Positions 58,207 through 64,000 of a stretch of DNA of 64,000 bases are shown in pieces (position 1 is the first letter of the stretch; the number at the start of each line of letters is the position of its first letter). The stretch spans positions 2,752,001 through 2,816,000 of the forward strand of contig OZ245033.1 in assembly GCA_965224025.1 (NCBI GenBank). The letters run 5' to 3'. Position numbers and translations under genes: made by a program. The notes beneath the pieces were generated by a model, which saw only the letters and a list, made by a program, of their open reading frames with translations, had not been told where the DNA came from and ran no database searches. This DNA is from Candidatus Multivorans sp. GTDB lineage: Bacteria; Acidobacteriota; Thermoanaerobaculia; Multivoradales; Multivoraceae.

Positions 58207-59494
58207 GCGCGGGCATCCTGCCCGCATCCGGTGCGTTTCCGCACTCGCAGCGGCGCTCGTCGCTCTCGCAATCCTGCCGGCCACCGCCCAGGAGGGCTCG
58301 GATGCCCAAGGTCCGGTGGGGGAGCTGATCTTCCCGCTCGAGCACTGGCACAACCACGGCTCGTCCCTGGTCGAGCTGCCGAACGGCGATCTGCTCGTGG
58401 CCTGGTTCCACGGTTCGGGTGAGCGCACCGCCGACGACGTGCGCATCCGGGGCGCTCGCCTTCGCGCGGGCGCCGAGACCTGGAGCCAGCCGTTCCTGCT
58501 CGCCGACACGCCGGGCTTCCCGGACACGAACTGCACCCTGCTGCTCGAGCCGGTGAGCGCCGGCGGACACCGGCTGTGGCTGTTCTGGCCCACGATTCAG
58601 GCGAACTTGTGGGAGAGCGCGCTGATGAAATTCAAGGTCTCGACCGACTTCGAGGGGCCGGGGCCGCCGGTGTGGCAGTGGCAGGACGTGCTCCACATGA
58701 AGCCCGGCGACGGCTTCCACGACCTGGTGGCGGAGAGGACGGACGAGTACTTCCGGAGCCTTGGCTTTACCGGCGCCACGGATCCGGCCTCGCCGGAATC
58801 GGTCCGGCAATGGGCCGCGCGCAACCTGGAGCAGGCCGCCGACAAGCTGACCCGCCGCCTCGGCTGGTTCACCCGTGCCCATCCGGTCGTCCTGCCGCTG
58901 CCTGAGGGCGGCCAGCGGCTGCTGGTGGGCCTGTACTCCGACGGCTTCAGCTTCGCTTCCGCCACGTACAGCGACGACGGCGGCCACACCTGGACGATGA
59001 GTGAGCCGATCATCGGCGGCGGCAACATCCAGCCCACGTTCGCGCTCCGCGACGACGGCACCCTGGTCGCCTTCATGCGCGACAACGGGCCGCCGCCGAA
59101 GAGGGCGCACGTCGCCGAGTCCCGGGATCTGGGAGGGACCTGGACCATCGCCCGCGACCACCCCGACGTGGTCGAGACCGGCGCCGGACTCGAAGTACTG
59201 AAGCTCGAGAGCGGTCGCTGGGTCGTCGTCCACAACGACATCCCCGACGGCCGCTACCGGCTCGCGGTGTCGGTCTCCGAGGACGAAGGCAGGACCTTCA
59301 AGCACAGGCGCTACATCGAGCTCGAGGAGAAGGGCGTCGGCCGCTACCACTACCCGTCCGTCATCCAGACGCGAGACGGCGGCATCCACGTGACCTACAG
59401 CTACCACGTCGCCGGCGCGCTCGACGACGGCGGCCAGGGCAAGAGCATCAAGCACGTGAACTTCGACGAGGCCTGGCTGCTCGGCGAAAGCTGA
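58184..59494 (+). CDS. Exo-alpha-sialidase/BNR-repeat family protein
   Basis: H.SSLVELPNGDLL.AWF.G, Asp-boxes SDDGGHTW, SRDLGGTW, SEDEGRTF, YPSVIQ. Confidence 0.85.
   Translation: MSPLPSSRRGHPARIRCVSALAAALVALAILPATAQEGSDAQGPVGELIFPLEHWHNHGSSLVELPNGDLLVAWFHGSGERTADDVRIRGARLRAGAETWSQPFLLADTPGFPDTNCTLLLEPVSAGGHRLWLFWPTIQANLWESALMKFKVSTDFEGPGPPVWQWQDVLHMKPGDGFHDLVAERTDEYFRSLGFTGATDPASPESVRQWAARNLEQAADKLTRRLGWFTRAHPVVLPLPEGGQRLLVGLYSDGFSFASATYSDDGGHTWTMSEPIIGGGNIQPTFALRDDGTLVAFMRDNGPPPKRAHVAESRDLGGTWTIARDHPDVVETGAGLEVLKLESGRWVVVHNDIPDGRYRLAVSVSEDEGRTFKHRRYIELEEKGVGRYHYPSVIQTRDGGIHVTYSYHVAGALDDGGQGKSIKHVNFDEAWLLGES
58207..58231 (+). repeat. REP-like palindrome family B, copy 3 (inside sialidase signal peptide)
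   Basis: gcgcgggcatcctgcccgcatccgg, read as RGHPARIR. Confidence 0.75.
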
Positions 59495-59527
59495 GCGAGG
59501 CAAACACGTTCAACCGGGAGGGTTCCC

Positions 59528-60874
59528 ATGCGCCTTCGACTTCTTTCCATCGCTGCCTCGATCGCGGCGACCTGTCTCGTCCTGCTCCCGGCCTGTGCAC
59601 CCGAGGGCGGTGCCGGCACGGGCGCCGGCACCGAAACCTTCGCGGGTCTGCCAATTACAACACCCGAAAGCGCCGGCATGTCGAGTGAACGGCTCGACCG
59701 CATCCGGCCGGCGTTCGAGAGTTACGTGACGGACGGCAAGCTCTCCGGCGTCGTCACCGTCGTCGCGCGCGACGGCCGGGTCGTTCACTTCGAAGCCAGC
59801 GGCAACCAGGACGTCGAGGCCGGCGAGCCGATGACCGAGGACACGCTTTTCCGCATGTACTCGATGACCAAGCCGATCGCCTCGGCGGCGCTGATGAGCC
59901 TCTGGGAGGAGGGGCACTTTCTGCTGTCGACGCCGTTGTCCGCGATTCTCCCCGAGTTCGCGGACGTGCGGGTCTACGTCTCGGGCGACGGCGACGACAT
60001 GGAGACGGAGCCGCCCCGGCGACCCATCGTCATCCGGGACCTGATGACCCATACTTCCGGTCTGACCTACACCTTCATCCCCAGCCCGGTGGCCGCCTTC
60101 TACGCGGCGCAGGGGCTTGAGGGCTCGGCCGAGGCGGTCCCGCACGACGACCTCGCGCACTACGTCCGGGAACTGGCGAAGCAGCCCCTGCTCGCGCATC
60201 CGGGCACCGCCTGGAACTACAGCGTCGGTCTCGAAGTCGCGGGCCGGGTGGTCGAGGTCGTTTCGGGGCAGACCTTCCGCGAGTTCCTGAAGGAGCGAGT
60301 CTTCGACCCGCTGGGCATGGTCGACACGGAGTTCTACGTTCCCGACGAGAAGCTCGATCGCTTGGCCGTGAACTACGCGCCGACGCCGGAGGGCGGCATC
60401 GTCGTCTTCGACGATCCCGAGACCAGCGCCTATCGCAAGCCGCCGAAGGTCGAGATGGGCGGCTCCGGTCTGGTCGCCACCGCCGGCGACTACCTGCGCT
60501 TCGCCCAGATGCTGGCGAACGGCGGCGAGCTCGATGGCGTGCGGATCCTCGGACCGCAGACCGTGGCCCTGATGATGGACAACCACCTCGGATCGACCTA
60601 CGGACCCTCGCCGATGTCCAGCCTCAATCTCGACATGGGGATGAGCGAGGGCATGGGCTACGGCCTGGGCGGGTACTCGATCACCGACACCGGCCTGACC
60701 GGACTGCCGGCTTCGCCCGGCACCTACGGCTGGGGCGGCGCCGCCTCGACCGACTTCTGGGTCGACCCCGAGGAGAACCTCGTCGGCATGGTGCTGACCC
60801 AGTTGCTGCCCACCGGCACCTATCCGCTGCGTTCGACGATGGAGGTGCTCACCTACCAGGCGATCGTGGAGTAG
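59528..60874 (+). CDS. Serine hydrolase, beta-lactamase family (probable lipoprotein)
   Basis: SMTK (SxxK), LMTHTSG, WNYS, YGWGG; lipobox-like LPAC. Confidence 0.88.
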   Translation: MRLRLLSIAASIAATCLVLLPACAPEGGAGTGAGTETFAGLPITTPESAGMSSERLDRIRPAFESYVTDGKLSGVVTVVARDGRVVHFEASGNQDVEAGEPMTEDTLFRMYSMTKPIASAALMSLWEEGHFLLSTPLSAILPEFADVRVYVSGDGDDMETEPPRRPIVIRDLMTHTSGLTYTFIPSPVAAFYAAQGLEGSAEAVPHDDLAHYVRELAKQPLLAHPGTAWNYSVGLEVAGRVVEVVSGQTFREFLKERVFDPLGMVDTEFYVPDEKLDRLAVNYAPTPEGGIVVFDDPETSAYRKPPKVEMGGSGLVATAGDYLRFAQMLANGGELDGVRILGPQTVALMMDNHLGSTYGPSPMSSLNLDMGMSEGMGYGLGGYSITDTGLTGLPASPGTYGWGGAASTDFWVDPEENLVGMVLTQLLPTGTYPLRSTMEVLTYQAIVE

Positions 60875-60984
60875 GCGCGAAAGGGGGCCGACGATGAGCA
60901 TGTTTCGACGACCGCCCCGGCGTCTACCGTTGGTGCGGGTGTTCCGTGTTGGACTGACGATGGGTCTACGGCGCAGTCTGGCGT

Positions 60985-61634
60985 GAACGTCGTGCGGAAC
61001 GCGTTCGAGCTGGAAGCCCATCATCGTCTCGTAGACGGCGCCGATCTGCTCGACGTCCAGGGCCCGGTAGGAGAGGCGCTCGCCATCGAGCCACTAGCAG
61101 CTTCTCCTCGTGGGCTGCCTGGAAGCCGCGCAGCAGCTCGTAGAGGGCGTGCAGCACTTGTACCGCGAGCCGGCTGTTGGGCGAGGCTTCGAGCCGGCCG
61201 GCGCCGGCGGCGACCCGGTCGAAGTCCTGGTCGGGCTCAAGGGTCTGCACCAGCACCGGGCCTTCCTCGCTCGGTTCTAGTTCGCGGACCGCGAAGTCGG
61301 GGCGCAGCGTCTCGCCGTAGTCGGGCAGGTGAAGGCTCAGATCCTCCGGCATCGGGGCGGCGCTGCCGCCGGCGTAGCCCCTGGGCGAGAAGTTCCAGCC
61401 GAGCACGGTGCGGGCGAACGGCTCGAAATCGGGCAGGAGGGCTGAGGGCTCGTCGCCCGATCCGGACCGCCGGCATTCAACGGCCGCCTGCAGACGGCGC
61501 TGGCCTTCCCGGTCGCTGCGTTGCAGCACCGCGCCGGCCTTGTCCAGCGCCGGCGCCGAGACGACGAGACCGGTCGGCTGCACGAAGCCGAGCCACTCGA
61601 GATGGGCGAGCGTGTTCGCGTTCGGTTGGGCCAT
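60985..61634 (-). pseudogene. Eroded DISARM-type/Eco57I-like DNA methyltransferase (DrmMI-like) fragments
   Basis: HLEWLGFVQPTGLVVS, LPDYGETLRPDFAV, QVL.ALYELLRGFQAA, then frameshifted LDGERLSYRALDVEQIGAVYETMMGF; these motifs are recalled as far apart in intact homologues. Confidence 0.7.
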
Positions 61635-61637
61635 CGT

Positions 61638-61943
61638 CTACGGCGGGGCGAGCACGGGGATGACGCGGCGTCCAGCCTGACGGTAGATGCGGAAGCCGGA
61701 GTCGAGCGTGAGAACCGAGGCGTTCTTTGTCTGCTCGACGATCCAGACCAGACAGGCATCCGCGAGCGACATCGGTACATTGCTGTAGCGTCGCATCAAG
61801 CGGCCGACGGCGCGGGCTTGGTCGGGAGATGCGAGTGGATCCGCGACTTCGAGGACACCGCGCTCGACGAGGGTGATCGGCAGGCTCGGATCGGCCGAGG
61901 CGCGAGCCAGCAGGAAGGAAGCCTCCGAGAGGATGACAGCAGG
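61638..61943 (-). pseudogene. PIN-domain toxin, N-terminus deleted
   Basis: VILSEASFLL...RY..VPMSLADACLV...VLTLDS.FRIYR; lacks the N-terminal 'DT' motif. Confidence 0.75.
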
Positions 61944-62530
61944 CCGAAGCGCTCCTCCATCTCGCCCTGCCACTGTTCGAGCACGGAACTTGGCGCCGAG
62001 ACGACGATCGTCTTCACGTTCTTGCGGAGCAGCAGCTCCCGGGCGATCAGCCCGGCCTCGATCGTCTTGCCGAGACCCGTGTCGTCGGCGATGAACAGGT
62101 TGACCCGCGGCAGCCTGAGCGCCTTGCGCAGCGGCTCCATCTGGTAGACGTCGAGCTTGATGCCAGCCCTGAACGGCGCCTGGAAGAGGTTCGGATCGGT
62201 GGCGGTGACGCAGTTCCAGCGCAGCGTGTGCAGGAAGGCGGCGAAACGGCGGGGCGTGTCGAACCCCTTTGCGGCGAGTTCGCCCCAGCCAGCCTGCTTC
62301 AGGATGCGGCGGTCGAGTTCGCGGTCCCAGAAGACCTCGATCTCTTCGCCCTGGGCGTCGTCTTCGGCGCAGGCGAGGCGGACTATCGAGGAGTGGCAGG
62401 GCTTCTCGCCGGGCTGGACGCCCTCGACGAGCCAACGGCGGCTACGGACCTGGACGAGTTGACCGACATCCGGGTCGTGTTCGGGGCGTTCTTTGTTGGG
62501 GGCTGAGAGAGCGGTTTCGTGGGGCGTCAT
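61940..62530 (-). pseudogene. drmD: DISARM SNF2-like helicase DrmD, N-terminal fragment
   Basis: GQLV.VRSRRWLVE, DDAQGE...W, AFLHTLRWN.VTATD...FQAPFRAGI, PRVNLFIADD.GLGKTIEAG, QW..EM..RFGL, then homology ends. Confidence 0.82.
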
Positions 62531-62633
62531 TCGGGCCGAGCGTACCGGGTTGCGGCCAGACCGGTCACGGGAGCGCAACGGTGGATTCGGCGTGAGCCTG
62601 GAGATGGCCGATGCCAGTTGCCGGCGAATTGTC

Positions 62634-63695
62634 TCAACGACGACGGCTGGCTGTCGCTGTTTCGATCCGTTCGTGGAGGGTCCGCAAGGCGTTGTACGAG
62701 GCGGCTCGCAGGTTGAGCGGTCCGCGCACGGCCTCCCAGCGGCGCACGGTTGCCGGGGTAACCCTGAGCGCGGCGGCGAACTCGGCGACCGTCAGGCCGC
62801 TGCGCCGGCGGAGCCTGGAGACGCGGGCGCCGGTGGGGCGGAAGGGTGGCGCGACACCCGGGGCCTTCTTCGCGGCGCCCTTTCTCGCGGCGCCCTTCTT
62901 CCCGGCGCGCTTTCGCCGGCTCGGGGGCCGGGAAGCGCCACCGCGTTTTCGAGCCTTGCGCGCCGCCCTCTTCCGCGGTCTGGAGCGGGGATCCCGCGCC
63001 TCGTCCGTGTCCAGTTCGATGCCGAAGATTCCCGACAGGTCGCCTTCCGCCAGGGAATCCGCACCCGCCGCGCCGGCCGGCAGCGCCAGGTCGGCGTCAA
63101 TCAGCTCCGATTCGTCGACCTTTCGCAGCAGGAAGAGGAGTTCGGGGCTGTCGTCGAGCCGGTTGCCGACGCCGTACAGGACCGAAGCCACGTGCTTGCA
63201 CATGCCGGCCCAGTCCGGGCAGTCGCAGTCGAACTCGATCTGGCGCGGAGTCGGAAACAGGCCGCGGCTGCGATCCGTGACGACGGCCATCACCTGGTCG
63301 GAGAGTCGTCCCTGGAGCAACTCGATGACCGATCCGATCTGTCCGGTGCACCTGGCCTTGATGGACTTCCAGACAGCGGGCTTGAGCTTCTGGATGCGAA
63401 TGGCGACGTGGTAGAGCCTCGTGCCGAAGACCAGTGCGTCGACGCGGCCGGCCCGGATCGCCAAGTCGCAGACCGCGCCGTGGCGCGCGTAGCTGCGGCC
63501 GCGCGGCAACCGGTTGCGGTAGTCGGAGAAGGACTCCAGGTGCTTGCACCAGCGCTTGCCCCAGAAGCTCCGGGCAATCAGGTTCCCCGTGATCTCGACC
63601 GGCTGCACCTTCATGCCCTGCCTGCGGAGACTGGCGACCTTCCGCGCGGCCCTGGCTCGTCGCGCGGCGACTGGAACGTAGGTCGGAAACCTCAT
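62634..63695 (-). CDS. SWIM zinc-finger protein with basic linker and C-terminal XRE HTH
   Basis: RL.RGRSYAR.G.V, CDCPDWAGMCKH SWIM motif, K/R/A-rich linker, LRRRSGLT..EFAA.L.V...TVRRWE. Confidence 0.85.
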   Translation of the reverse strand: MRFPTYVPVAARRARAARKVASLRRQGMKVQPVEITGNLIARSFWGKRWCKHLESFSDYRNRLPRGRSYARHGAVCDLAIRAGRVDALVFGTRLYHVAIRIQKLKPAVWKSIKARCTGQIGSVIELLQGRLSDQVMAVVTDRSRGLFPTPRQIEFDCDCPDWAGMCKHVASVLYGVGNRLDDSPELLFLLRKVDESELIDADLALPAGAAGADSLAEGDLSGIFGIELDTDEARDPRSRPRKRAARKARKRGGASRPPSRRKRAGKKGAARKGAAKKAPGVAPPFRPTGARVSRLRRRSGLTVAEFAAALRVTPATVRRWEAVRGPLNLRAASYNALRTLHERIETATASRRR

Positions 63696-63712
63696 GACAG
63701 ATCCCGCGCTTC

Positions 63713-64000
63713 CTACGCTTTCGCCCGGGTGATGTCCAGACGGACCAAGTCGAGCAGTTCGTCATCGGAAAGCTCGGTGAGCTTCATCTCGCGGCCATCC
63801 TCCAGCAGATCGTTCACCAGTTCGCTCTTCTCCGTGATCATCCGGTCGATTCTCTCCTCGATGGTTCCGGAGGTGATGAACTTGTGGACCAGCACGGCCT
63901 GTCGCTGGCCGATGCGAAAGGCCCGGTCGGTAGCCTGGTTTTCGACGGCGGGGTTCCACCAGCGGTCGAAGTGAATCACGTGCGTAGCCGCCGTCAGGTT
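63713..64000 (-). CDS. SNF2-family helicase, C-terminal end (5' part outside window)
   Basis: NLTAATHVIHFDRWWNPAVENQATDRAFRIGQ...GTIEERI. Confidence 0.93.
   Translation of the reverse strand, partial: NLTAATHVIHFDRWWNPAVENQATDRAFRIGQRQAVLVHKFITSGTIEERIDRMITEKSELVNDLLEDGREMKLTELSDDELLDLVRLDITRAKA

Noticed and set aside
59528-60874. Antibiotic-resistance beta-lactamase
   Set aside because: The SxxK serine hydrolase family is dominated by esterases/peptidases; no mobile context or class-defining motifs.

Overview
High-GC bacterial chromosome segment, most likely Acidobacteriota. This is inferred from an Acidobacteria-type VWFA protein, several PQQ-like propellers and the gene order. The intact housekeeping backbone runs lysS, punA, hpt, lolC/E-lolD, clpC-bamA-skp, lpxD-fabZ-lpxA-gnnA-like, mtnP-surE-pcm-apt, tRNA-Arg(CCT), tatA, pdp, cinA-plsY-gpsA-guaA, lgt-thiD, nnr-tsaE, hbd-phoH-HD phosphohydrolase, a ybeY-era fusion and glnA. 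Five accessory islets interrupt it. (1) At the left edge, a nuclease-STAND NTPase (Avs-like) gene that the ORF track missed, preceded by a CoiA-like nuclease gene inactivated by both a nonsense codon and an IS3-family element. (2,3) Two islets encoding small secreted Cys-rich proteins with partner genes; one is bounded by a 17-bp direct repeat. (4) An McrBC plus toxin-antitoxin islet behind a diverged duplicate of the pdp 3' end. (5) At the right edge, a deletion-eroded DISARM-like locus next to a SNF2/SWIM pair. The least-explained signals are two families of dispersed palindromic repeats. They sit inside or across protein-coding ends and are translated, and one copy supplies a stop codon and an overlapping candidate start codon. 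Also unexplained are tandem tRNA-Arg 3'-half repeats and a rod-like hairpin upstream of tatA. All calls come from reading motifs by eye; no database searches were run.
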